A stretch of 63,416 nt of DNA, the filler included, from Reclinomonas americana ATCC 50394 (taxonomy: Eukaryota), in the NCBI GenBank assembly GCA_048213135.1. It is 9 parts of 9 records of this genome, joined end to end, with 100 filler letters (N's around TTAATTAATTAA, not from the genome) between each part and the next. Parts side by side here need not be neighbours in the genome. Positions count along the whole stretch, not along the records: positions 1 to 12,818 come from AFZH01016535.1; 8 more parts are not named here. The stretch is one strand, 5' to 3'. Of the stretch, positions 1-12,439 are shown in pieces. The notes under the pieces were generated by a model. It made no database searches. It was not told where the DNA came from and saw only the letters and a list, made by a program, of their open reading frames with translations. The translations under genes and the position numbers were made by a program. Within the stretch, counting starts at the first letter, position 1. Each line of letters starts with the position of its first letter.

Positions 1-23
1 AGTAGAGAGAGAGAGAGAGAGAG

Positions 24-60
<37 letters not shown>

Positions 61-94
61 ACTGATGATACTCACTATCCTCTCTGTGCTGCAG

Positions 95-2025
95 GATCTG
101 TGTGCTCCGGATTTCGTGTTGTGCGCCAGCGAGTTGCACTATCTGTGTCGGTGAGATGATGTGGCCGGTGTGAGGATGCATTGTCGTTTCGCACCCTGCT
201 GATGATGTGCGACGCAGTGAGCATGTGACGGAGGCGGGTTCGGATCTGTGCGGCGACGGTGTCACGTCGGTAGCCACGGCGAAGGATGTTCCGCGTCGGC
301 CGCTGTTGGCGTATGGCAGCGTGAAGGTTTGTTCCGCGGTGCACGTTGATAGCAAGACGGTCGCGCTGCTCATGAGGGGACCACAGATTGCATGCCCGCA
401 GTGCCACGCGCCCATGGTTCGTATTGTCTATGGAGAGTCGGTTGTCTTGCTTGTCTCTCCTCACTGTGGATGAGAAACAGACGGTGGGCGACTACTACCG
501 CACACACGGTTCATCGCAGTGCCCGTATGCATGTGAGCGGTGTGGACAACAGATGACGCTCGATCGCACCGCGGAGCACGAGTGGAGTGGATGCTTGCGC
601 GAGTGTCCTCTTGGGTGTGGAGTGCGACTGGCGCTGAGTGCGATGGTGGAGCACAGCTGGAGTGGGTGCATGCGCGCGTGTCCGCGTGGATGTCAGCAGC
701 GATGTTCACTGGCGGATATGCAGAGGCACCTTGGTGAGTGTCCTTGAAGAACAGAGGTGTGTATCTTGACACTGATATGGTGGTGTCTCGTGCTGCAGAG
801 ACGGAGTGCCGACTGCAGCACACAGTGTGTCGTGGTGGTGAACTGGGATGTGGATGGCGTGGTATTGGTGGGGAGAGGGAGGAACATGAGCGAGTGTGTG
901 ATGTGCTGCGAGTGGAGCGACCACTGCGAGAGGTGTGTTTGGAATGATGAGCAGTGGATACTGCCAATACATGCAGCTGATGTGGGTTCTGTTTGTGTGC
1001 ACAGCTGCATGGCCGAGTGCGAGAGCTTTCACAGCTGGTGGCTCTGGAGAGGGAGGCGAGACAAGCTTCCGATGAGCAGCTCGTCCAGTGCCGTCAGCAA
1101 CTGCAGACAACAGATGAGCGACTTGCTGCGTGCACTGAGCAGCTTGTCTCGGAGCGTCGCATGCGTGAAGCTCTCGAGAGAGGTGTTGCCGAGGTGTGTT
1201 GCGTGAACTCCATTGAATTATTCGAATGCCCCCTCACTCCTGTCCATCTTCAGCTTCTCGCCCGTCTCGCGCCACTGGAGATGCGTGAACGAGCGATACA
1301 AGAACGAGAGGCGGCTGAACAGGAGCGTCTGGCCAGAGAGCAGGAAGAGCGGGAGCGGCAAGCCAGAGAGAGGGAAGTGCGAGAGCTGGCGGAGAGGAAG
1401 ATTGACAGCGATCTGCTGAGTGCGGCGGATGGACGAGTGGTGCTGCAGTGGGTGCAGCAGGCGCGAGGCGGAGGGGGTGTGCCCAAGTTGACGTTGCTGT
1501 TCAAGGGCAGCCGAGATGGGTTTGCAGCAGCCACATTCCGTCAGCGGTGTGACAATCGTGGGTGAGTGATTGAGGAAGGAAGAGAGAGGCAGCTTGTTGT
1601 ACTCGATAATTGATGGATGAGTGACTGTGTGCAGACCAACACTGGTCGTCGTCAAGTCGTCGACGGGTCGAATGTGTGGCGGGTACACGCCTGTGTTGTG
1701 GCAGTCACCACCTGCATCAGGGTACACTTATACCGCCGATCCATCTGGCACGAGCTTCTTGTTCTCGGCATCGTGGAGTGGTGCGAGTGCGCGGCGCTTT
1801 GCTCTGAAAAGCGATGAGAAACATCGAGCCCTCTATAACGATTCAAAATACGGACCTGCTTTTGTAGGTGGTCTTGCGTTGTATGACAACTGCAACAGCG
1901 ACAGCGACAGCACGTGTTACGTTTCTCATTATTCGACCACCGACGGTGGAGCATATGACGACAAGACTCTGATGGGATCGCAGAATTTCCAAGTGGCAGA
2001 CTACGAAGTATTCCTCGTTGAATGA
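95..2025 (+). CDS. Spliced RING-like/TRAF-type zinc finger, coiled-coil and C-terminal TLDc domain protein (5' end outside window)
   Basis: Repeated C-x2/3-C...H-x3/4-C units (CPLGCG...MVEHSWSGC, CGWRG...EEHERVC) and an E/R-rich coil. TLDc motifs LLFKGSRDGFAAATFRQRCDNRG|PTLVVVKS...GGYT...SFLFS...YGPAF...DYEVF, with stop at 2025. Confidence 0.8.
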
Positions 2026-2685
2026 AACCAAAAACGCGCATGCATGCGTGGGGCCTGCTTTTCTCCTTTGCCTGCATCTCGCAGCCACGCTGCTGCACCT
2101 CTATCGCAGTGATATCCATGCTTGTCTCGCGGTCGAGCTTCGGGTTCTCTTGCAGAAACAGCACATGTACACTTCGATGATGTCTCAGTTTCTCTGGTGC
2201 TCACTCAAGATGACGATCACAGGGCAGCTGTGCTCCTGTTCGAATAAGTAAAGTTCATTGACGTCGACCACCTGCAATATCAATTGCAATGCAACCAATC
2301 TGTCACCAGTGTGCGCGCGTCTGACGTTGAAGGCGTTTTGCTGCGAGAGGCTACCCGGCCACGCAGCGCCGACATCAACACCACACACGACAACGATGGG
2401 AGGGTTGCGCATAACACATACAATACCGGCAAAATGCGCCACTCATCATATACGCGCCCACTTGATGCATGGCGGTGTGCGCAACGCTCCCCCCACACAA
2501 AGCGCGCGCGCATCCACAGACTAAACTCCGCAGTGTCAACGAGGCCGGTGAGCGCACACAGTGGTGGTCGCCAACACAACACGCCAACACATCCACTCAC
2601 ACTCATTAAACACATCGATGGAGAGCGCACACGTGATCTCACACACTCACACACAGAAAGTGACTGCTGCACCTGTTGATCAGTC

Positions 2686-5600
2686 ATGAGTGAACGTTGC
2701 GTTTTGCTCTCTTTCTCTCTCACATTGTGCATGACACTCACTGACACACACTACAGCGGAAAGCATTTTCGCGGGAGCCAATCGTTGCGACTTCTCTCTC
2801 TCTCACACACACACACACTCACTCTCACACTCATTCTCACACACTGTGTGTGTGTGTGTGTGGTGCACAGCGCTGCACACGACACTCGGCCTGTTCCTCG
2901 TGCAGGTGCGTGTGTGAGAGAGAGAGAATCTCGAGTGCGCCTGCATAGTCAATTTTTTTGACTTTTTGGTGCGCATGCGCAGGTGGTGATCATTCTCACC
3001 TTTACGCGCCTGCTGGCGATTGTGTTGGCCAAAGTTCGACAGCCGAAAGTCATTGCCGAGGTCATTGGTGGCATTTTGTTAGGTACAGAAAGCCGTTTTC
3101 TTCCGAGCTCATTCTCTTTCTTCCTCGCACTCCTCTCGCTTCTCCCTTGTCTCCCTTCTTGCACTCCTCCTCTTGGTCTCTCTCTTCCCTTGCTCATTTT
3201 TCATCGCCCCTTGCTCTTTCTCCCGAGTTCATTCTTCCTCTCTCTCTCTCTCTCTCCTCTCTTCTCCCTCTCCTCTCGTCTTCTCTCTTCACTACTTCTC
3301 GCGCTCCTCTTCTTGGTCTCTGTTCCCATGCTCATTCCTCGTTCTCCCTCCTTGCTGCTTCTCTTTCTCCTTTCTTCGTTTCTCGTCGCTTCTCTTCTTG
3401 TTCTTGGTGTATCTTCCCTCGCTTCTTCTCTTGTCGCTGCTCACTTCGTCTTCTTCCTCACCTCTCGTTCCTTGCGCACCCTTCCCTCTCCTTCGTGCTC
3501 CGCCCTTGCGTCTCCTTATCCTCCCTCCCTCACCACTCCCTTCCCCCTTCTCCTCCTTCTCCTCCTCCTTCTTCCTCAGGCCCCACCGCCTTCTCCCACA
3601 TCACCGCCTTCAAGCAAAACATCTTCCCGGCTAGCAGTCTCGATGTGCTCTCGCTGGTGGCCAACCTCGGCCTCATCTTCTTCCTGTTCCTGATGGGAGT
3701 GGAGCTCGACGTGCAGCACCTCAAGAAGAACTTGAAACCGGCACTGACGGTGGCCGTCAGCGGGCTGGTGTTTTGCTGGGTCCTCGGCGCCGCCGTGGCC
3801 AAGCTGCTCTACGACTTCATGGACCGCCCACAAGTCGCCTTTACGCCGTTCATTATCTTTGTGGCGGTGGCGCTCTCCATCACCGCCTTCCCGGTGCTGG
3901 CGCGCATTCTGACCGACCGCAAGATGATTCAGAGCCCCGTGGGCAGGGTGGTGCTGGCCGCCGCCGCCTTTGGCGATGCTCTCGAGTGGTGCCTGCTGGT
4001 GCTGGTGGTGGCCATTGCCGGCAACTCGGGCAACTATCTGCTGGTGTTGTGGGGTGCGTGGGGGAGATAGAGGGGGGAAAAGAAAGAGGGGTGAGGGAAA
4101 GGAGACAGAGGAAACAGAGAAAGTTGAGGAAGAAGAGGATGTTGACTCGAGCGCATGCGAGATTTGTGTCGTACAGCTCGATTTCCACTTCTATGTCACA
4201 CCCTCTCAATCTCTCGCCCGTTTCTGTTGCTTCCTCACTTTCCCGTTCCTCTTCTTCGTCTTCCTCTCTCTCTCTCTCCCGTGCTCCATTCCAACGCTCC
4301 ACCTTTCTCCCCTTCTTCTTTCGCCCACCTTTCTCTTCTCTCCCCTCTCCTCCTCTCACATCTCTCTCCCCATCCCTCTCCCTCTCGTTCTCTTCCTCCA
4401 CCCGTTATCGCCCTCTCTCTCACTTTTCCTCTTCTCCTCCACCTTTCTCTCCCTCTTTCCTATCATCTCACCCTCTCGTCGGTTTCTTCTTCTTCTCCTC
4501 CTTCATCTTTCAGCCACCTTTCCCTTCCCTCTCACCTCTCTCTTGCCTTCCACCTGTTTTCTCCTCTTTCCCATCATCTCACCCTCTAATCGTTTTTTCT
4601 CCCCTGACCTGCTGCTCCTCCTTCTTCTTCTCCTCCTCCTTCTCTCCTCCCACATCTCTCTCCTCTCCCCTCCGTCTCTGTTCTTCCTCTTCCCCTCGTA
4701 CCCACCATCTCACCCTACTTAGTCTCCCTTCACCAGTTCCTCTTCTTCGTCTCCTCTTTCTTCTTTCCACATGCTTCTTCCATCTCACCCATTCCCCCTC
4801 TTTCCCCCTCCCTCCCCCTCCCTCCCTCTCTCCCCTCTTCTCTCATTCTTCGCCTCGCCGCCCTTTCCCCTTTCACCCTTTCCCCTCTTTCCCCCTTCCC
4901 TTTTCCCCTCTCTCACCACTTCCCATTCTGTCCGCAGTGCTGCTGGCCACTATCGGCTGGGCTTTGTTCCTCATCTTCTTGGTGAAGCCACTCCTGATCA
5001 AGTTCCACAACTGGGTGCGCACGCCGTCGGACAGCGCGCCGCCGCTGATGGTGTTCACCATCTTGCTGCTGGTGTGCATTTCCTCCTTTTTCACCCAAGC
5101 CATTGGTGTGCACGCCATTTTCGGTGCCTTCCTCGTCGGTGTCATTACACCGCACGAACACGGCTTCTCCATCAAGGTCACGGAGAAGATTGAGGATTTC
5201 GTCACCATTGTGTTCTTGCCACTGGTTTGTTCATGCACACACTAGAAATTCTCATCATGAGTCTCAGCGCCTCACCACCCTTCTCCCCCATTCGTGTGCA
5301 GTACTTTGTGTCATCCGGTCTGAAGACCCGCTTTGACGAACTGAACAGCGGCGCGGCGTGGGGCATGGCCATCTTGATTGTACTCCTCTCGTGTGCCGGC
5401 AAGATTGTGGGTTGCGGCATGGCTAGCAAATTCCTCGGTCTGAAGTGGCGTGAGGCGTGGGTGGTCGGCTTTTTGATGAACACTCGTGGGTACGTTGCAG
5501 GCAGAGAAATAGAGAGAGAGAGAGAAAAAGAAGTAGCAGCACGTCTCTCTTTTCTGCACGCTGCGGGGGGTTTGGGTTCCCACGTTTCACGCCGCCTGCA

Positions 5601-7405
5601 CTCCTTTATCCTCCCCCCTCTCTCTTATGATTCGCCTTTTCCCTCTCACGCTGTCACTCACCCCCTCCTTCGTGCATACAGTCTGGTCGACATTATCGTC
5701 CTCAATGTGGGTCTGTCGACTGGCGTCATTGACGATCGCATGTTCACCGTGCTGCTGCTCAAGTCGCTGGTGACCACGCTCATGACGACTCCAATTGTGG
5801 CATGGCTCTACCCGATGAAGTACTACATCAACGCCGTTCCAGTCGTGACATCGGCCAGTCTGTCGGATACTGCCGACGGTGCAGATGTAAAACATGCGGA
5901 CACGGGATCGCACGTGACGCCGGGTGGTCCGGTGAAGGGCCGCGTGCGCGGACGCTCACTAATGGCCCCCGAGGCTCCGCTGAGCACCGACACCCAGGAG
6001 CCGCCGGCAGCTCCGAGTGGCGGTCGTCGTCGCGGCAACTCGCTGCGCGGCACCGACTTGCCGGTGCTGGTACCCGAGCTGGCCGGCCTCAGTGCCCACG
6101 CCGCCAGTCACTCGGCGGCGGCAGCAGCGGTGCCAACAGCACGTGTGCTGGTTTGCCTGCCGGACAGTGAGGTGCTGCCGTCCATGCTGTCGGTGTTGCA
6201 GCTGTTGCAGGAGAGCGACCGCAGTGGCGCCTCTGGTCACGCGACCATCAAGGTGCACGCGCTGCGTTTGGTGGCGCTCTCCGACCGTGTCTCGTCACTC
6301 TTCATGGCCGAGAATCCGCAAGCGGTGCTGGAGAACGACTCGGTGGCGCGCCTCTTTTGCGTATTCGGCGGCCTCCTCGGCGTGCGCGTCGTGCCGCACA
6401 TTGCGTTGTCGCAACTGCAGGATTTCGGCCCGAATGTCACTTCGCTGGCGCGCGAGATCAACTCCGATATTGTGCTCATTCCGTGGGCGGCACGCAACGG
6501 TGCCGCCGATGCCGCCGCTGTGGCGCAGTCGCTGTCAGATGTGCTGATGACGTCGCCGTGCTCCACTGCCTTCCTCTACGGTTTGTTTGTTTGTGGAAGA
6601 GGGGAGGGGCACAGAACTTTCCTTTGTTCACAGTCATTGATATTCTTTTCCTTCAACTGCAGATCGTGGCTTCGGCGAGGCGCGTCACATGAAGTGGGGC
6701 GGCCTGCTGCGCACCTCCTCGCACGGCGACCTGGAGATGCTGGGCATGCAGGACGCCGGCACGCAGATCTTCTTGCCGTTTGTCGGCGGCAACGACGACC
6801 GCGAGGCGGTGCGAGTGGCGCGCCTGCTGGCCGGAGCCCCGGACGTGCATGTCAAAATTCTGCGCTTCCACCGCACCGCAAGACAGCGCTCCATCAGCGG
6901 CGCCAGCGATGTGGCCACGAGCTTGGCCGACGTGCGTGTGGCGGTGGAGGCCGCCCACAAGCACGCACATGGCGGCGATCACGAGACCACCGTGGAGGTG
7001 ACCGAGCCGGCGGCGGTCATGGAGCGGGCGGACGACACCAAAACGGACGATGCCGCAGTCGACGGTGCGAGCGACTCGTCGTCCGAGTCCGAGCCCAGCT
7101 CACCGTCGCTGCCTGGGAGCCCCGCCAGCACTGAGCACGGCGACACGCAGTGGCTCTCGTGCATTGTCAGCCAGCGCAATGTGACGGTCGAGCACATTTT
7201 CTCGCTGCAGCACCCCGAGGTGGAGCTGGCGGTGCGTGCACGCGACTTGCACCGCTCCGACCTGGTGATTATCGGCCGCTCCACCGCCCTCAGCATGCAC
7301 GATCCCACGCGATTCCAGTCGTGGATCGAGGGCGACACGTGCCCACCGTCAGTCTGCGTGGTGCGACACGGCGCCGGCGCAGCGCAGGTGGTCCCCGCGG
7401 AATGA
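2686..7405 (+). CDS. CPA2-family cation/H+ antiporter (KHA1/CHX-like), copy 1
   Basis: Spliced motifs RQPKVIAEVIGGILLG, ALSITAFPVLARIL, GVHAIFGAFLVG, KIEDFV..VFLPLYFVSSGLKT and GFLMNTRG, followed by a cytosolic tail (LPFVGGNDDREA). Short first exon ATGAGTGAAC at 2686. Confidence 0.9.
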
Positions 7406-8068
7406 GACGGGTCTGGTGTACTAATACAGAATTCGGTTGTTTTGATTGAGGGAGCAGAAGGGTATGCGGACGCTTTACTCACTGAGAAACGCATACTCGA
7501 TTGACCTTATGTAGGGCTCACCGTAGGTGCGCAACTTGCGTGTTGTGCGTGCGCTGAGTGTTCTGTTGCTCGCGCGTCCAGATCGGATCAGTCGCGCACC
7601 CATCGCACCCACTCGCGCACGCATCGCTGACTGCGCCAATAAGTTTTATTGTTGCTCTCTTTCCGCTTGACGTCCTCCATCTCCGCGTGGCGCAACACAT
7701 TGGTAAGGCGGCCAGCGCACGCGCGCACACCTCTCTCACTCTCTGTTTGTCTCTCGGGGATATGTTGCAGTGCGCGCGCACACACGAGTCGAGCGCGCGG
7801 ACATTCATTGCACCCCGCCTGCAACTCTGTGCAATGCGCGTGAGCTCTCTGCTTGTGCGACGTTCGTTTTCCTTTTTTGCAAGTGTGGAGTGTGCGCGCA
7901 CATTTTTTGTCTTGACACGATGGAACACATGCTCTCTCTCTCGCACGCGCGCACTCTGTGTGCGCGTACTCTCTCTAGCTCGGAAAACTGAGGCTGCTCT
8001 CTCATGCGCACAGCATCGCTGCGACATTTGATTTCTCCGCGCGCGCAAGTGTGTCTTGACCAGTCAAC

Positions 8069-11000
8069 ATGGGTGACAGTTGCGTTTTTTTTTTCAACTG
8101 CAAAATTGGTGCTCGCCAGTCACTCACTCCTCTCTACTCTCTCGTGCCTGCAGCGGAGAGCATCTTCACCGGAGCGAACCGTTTCGTCGTCATGCATTCA
8201 ATGCATCGTTGGAATCCCGACCGACTGATGCACTCTCTGTCTGTCTTTATGCAGCGCTGAAGTCGACTCTCGGCTTGTTCCTCGTGCAGGTATGCATGCA
8301 GTTGTGGTGATTGCGTTTTTTGTATGCGGGCGGTTTTCGTAATTGGTTCGTGCTCTCTCTTGCAGGTGTCGATCATTCTCATCTTCACGCGCTTCCTGGC
8401 CATTGTGCTGGCCAAGGTCCGACAACCAAAAGTCATTGCCGAAGTCATAGGCGGTATTTTATTAGGTGCGTCCCGTATGTCCTCCCTCCCTCTTTCCTCC
8501 CCTCACTGCCTGGCCTCTCGTTCTGTCTGTCACTCTCTCTTTGTGCAGGCCCCACCGCCCTCTCGCACATCAAGGCCTTCAAGGACAACATCTTCCCCGA
8601 CAGCAGCCTCAATGTGCTCACACTGGTGGCCAACCTCGGTCTTCTGTACTTCATGTTCATGGTCGGCATGGAGCTGGATGTCGCCCACCTGAAGAAGAAT
8701 CTCAAGCCGGCAATTGTCGTGTCGATGAGCGGCATGGTGTTGTGCTGGATTCTGGCGCTCGCCGTCTCCAAGCTTCTCTACGACTTCATGGACAGACCGT
8801 CGGTCTCGTTTTTGTCGTTTGTCATTTTCGTGGCCACGGCGTTATCCGTCACCGCCTTGCCGATTCTGGCACGCATCATCACCGAGCGCAAGCTGGGTCA
8901 GAGCCCTGTCGGTCGCGCGACACTGCCTGCCGCCGCTTTTGCCGATGCTGGTGCCTGGGCGCTCCTCGTGCTGGTGGTGGCCATTGCGGGCAACTCGGGT
9001 GGCTCGCTGCTGGTGGTCTGGGGTGAGTTTCGACTCTGCCTTCTCCCTTCTCTCTCTCTTCTCTTCATCCATCTCTCTCCCTTGGTCTCTCACCCTTTCC
9101 ATTTACCCCGCAGTGCTCCTGGCCATTACCGGCTGGGCCACGTTCCTCATCATGCTGGTCAAGCCCCTGTTGTTCAAGTTCCACAATTGGGTGCGCACGC
9201 CGTCGGACAGCGCCCCGCCGCTGATGGTGTTCGCCATTCTGCTCTTGGTGTGCATCTCCTCGTTCCTCACGGAAGCCATTGGCGTGCACGCCATTTTCGG
9301 TGCCTTTTTGGTCGGCATTATCACGCCTCACGGCCACGGATTCTCCATCAAGCTCACGGAGAAGATTGAGGATTTCGTCACCATTGTGTTCTTGCCGCTG
9401 GTTTGTTTTCACGCTTACACAATAAGTGCACACAAGCCCGCACTCATGCCACTTTTGCGCAGTACTTTGTGTCATCCGGCCTGAAGACTCGCTTCGACCA
9501 GCTGAACTCGGGCACCGCCTGGGGCCTGGCCATTCTTGTGGTGGTCATCTCGTGCATTGGCAAGATTGTTGGCTCTGCTGTGGCCTGCCGCTGGCTCGGT
9601 TTGAAGTGGCGCGAGTCGTGGATGGTCGGCTTCTTGATGAACACTCGTGGGTTCGTTGCACAGAGAGAGAGAGAGAGAGAGAGAGAGGGTTCTTTGATCG
9701 GCATACTCGTTTGCGTAGCGCGGTGCTGCACGTACTTTCTCTCTCTCTGTTCTCTTTCGTTCCTCTCGTTCTCTTCATTGCTTGTGTCCACTTGGTGCAT
9801 CCTTCTTTTCTCGTCTCTTCCACCTGCTCTCTGTTCTTGAACAGTTGCCTTTCACACTTCTGTCACTCACGCTTACTCTTTCTCTACACGCAGCCTGGTC
9901 GACATCATCGTCCTCAACGTGGGTCTGTCGACTGGCGTCATTGACGATCGCATGTTCACCGTGCTGCTGCTGAAGTCGTTGGTGACCACGCTGATGACGA
10001 CACCGATTGTGGCTTGGCTCTACCCCTTGAAGTACTACATCAACGCCGTGCCAGTGGCGCCTGCTGCCAGCCTGCCCGAGATGGCTGACGGTACCGAGTC
10101 CAAGCTTGGCGACACAGGGGCGGACGTGACGCCGGGTGGTCCGGTGAAGGGTCGCGCGCGCGGTCGCTCGCTGATGTCCCCCGAGGCTCCGCTGAGCACC
10201 GACACGGAGACTCCGACAGCAGCTTCGAGTGGTCACTTTGGTCGTCGCCGCGGCAACTCACTGCGTGGCACCGATTTGCCTGTGCTACCACCGGAGCTGG
10301 CCGGCCTCAGTGCCCACGGTCACTCGGCTGCGGCAGCGGCATCCTCGCCATCGGCACGTGTGCTGGTTTGCCTGCCTGACAGCGAGGTGCTGCCGTCCAT
10401 GTTGGCCTTGCTGCACATGTTGCACGAGAGCGACCTTGACCGCAGCCGCGGTTCGGACCACTCGACCATCAAGGTGCACGCTCTGCGTCTGGTGACCATG
10501 TCCGAACGAGTGTCGTCACTCTTCATGGCCGAGAACCCGGAGGCGGTGCTGGCAGACGACTCGGTGGCCCGCGTGTTTTGTGTGTTTGGCGGCCTGCTTG
10601 GCATGTCGATCGTGCCGCACATTGCGCTGTCGCCGTTGCAGGATTTCGGCCCGAATGTCACCTCGCTGGCCCGCGAGATCAACTCCGACATTGTGCTCAT
10701 TCCGTGGGCGGCACGCAACGGTGCCGCGGATGCAGTCGCTGTGTCGCGGTCCCTCTCCGACGTGCTGATGACGTCGCCGTGCTCCACTGCCTTCCTCTAC
10801 GGTTTGTTTGTTTGTGTGGAAGAGGGGGGGGGAGCGATGAAGTGCCTTTCCTCACCATTTCTTTCTCTTTCTGATTCTCTTCGTGTCCGCGCGCGCTCTC
10901 TCTCTCCGACTTCTTTCACGATCACGGAGTTCTCACAACTTTCTCTCCCGCTCTCACCACAGACCGTGGTTTTGGTGAGGCCCGTCACATGAAGTCGAGC

Positions 11001-11708
11001 CCGAGCGGCCTCGTTCGCACCTCGTCAACCAACGATGTGGAAATGATGAACATGCGCGACGCCGGCATCCAGATTTTCTTGCCGTTTGTCGGCGGCAGCG
11101 ACGACCGCGAGGCCGTGCGAGTGGCGCGCCTGTTGGCAGGTGGCGCCGATGTTCACGTCAAGATTCTGCGCTTCCACCGCACCGCAAGACAGCGCTCCAT
11201 CAGCGGCGCCAGCGACGTGGCCACCAGCTTGGCCGACGTGCGTCTGGCGGTGGAGGCCGCCCACAAGCATGCACACGGCGGCGAGACCACAGTGGAGGTG
11301 GCTGATGCGACGCCTGTCGCGCAGCGGGCAGCCGATGCCAACCCCGGCACTGACGATGCAGTGGCCGATGGCGAAGTCGGCTCGTCGTCTGAGTCCGAGC
11401 CGAGCTCACCGTCGCTGCCTGGGAGCCCCGCCGACGGCGAGCAGGGCGACACGCAGTGGCTCTCGTGCATTGTCAACCAGCGCAATGTGACGGTGGAGCA
11501 CATTTTCTCACTGCAGCACCCCGAGGTGGAGCTGGCGGTGCGCGTGCGCGATCTGCACCGCTCCGACCTGGTGGTCATCGGCCGCTCCACCGCCCTTAGC
11601 ATGCACGATCCCACGCGATTCCAGTCGTGGATCGAGGGCGAGTGCCCACCGTCAGTCTGCGTGGTGCGACACGGTGCCGGTACGGCGCAGTTGGTCCTCG
11701 CCGAGTGA
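8069..11708 (+). CDS. CPA2-family cation/H+ antiporter, copy 2
   Basis: Same motifs and intron positions as copy 1. First exon ATGGGTGACA at 8069, stop at 11708. Confidence 0.9.
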
Positions 11709-12439
11709 CGACGACCAGCCTGATAATTAATATGCATGGAGTGTTCGAGTAAAAGTTGCCTTTTTGTCAGTGATGATGAAATGAGGATTGAGAAACGCAC
11801 TTTCACGCCTATGTAGCCGAGACTGTAGGTGAGTGCGCAACAGTCAATCACGCGCACACACGGCACACACACGCGCACCGCAGCATTCGAACTTGTGTGG
11901 CGGCCTTGTGTAAGGTGCGTCAATAAACACACATTAGGAGGACGATCGCGAGGAGGAGAGTCACGGAGAGCGCTAGCGCCAGAGCACAGCAGGCGATGAA
12001 TCTCAACTTCGCACTCTGAATGCCAGTGCTGCTGTGTCTGTCTGTTCTCGTGTGTATGTGTGTGTGCGCGCACTTCTCCCACACATACAACAGACGTTTG
12101 TGAGTTGTCTCGGATCCGGACATACTGCTTTCTCGTGTGTGTTCTCATCACCACTTTTCACACGACTTCACACACATTGATTCTTCTTCGTGCTCTCGTC
12201 GTCCGCGCAAGAGAGGGGGTCGTCTCTTGATGTTGATCGCTCTGCTTGATTGATATCGCGCGCGATCGAGGTGTGCTTGTGAAACGGTCACCTGCAGCCC
12301 TACTAAGCACGCGCGCATGCCCACGCATGTGCACGCACGCACTCGCATCCATGCCGCTCTTTCCACAGACCTCATCGCGTCTGTGCACAGCGTCTTCTCG
12401 CAAGCGACGAGCAGGTGCCCAACGAATTCGCGATCGAAC

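Noticed and set aside
2958..5245. Ser/Leu/Pro/Phe-rich ORFs resembling membrane proteins
   Set aside because: Read-through of C/T-rich introns, which lack stop codons. The paralogs have short introns at the same positions.
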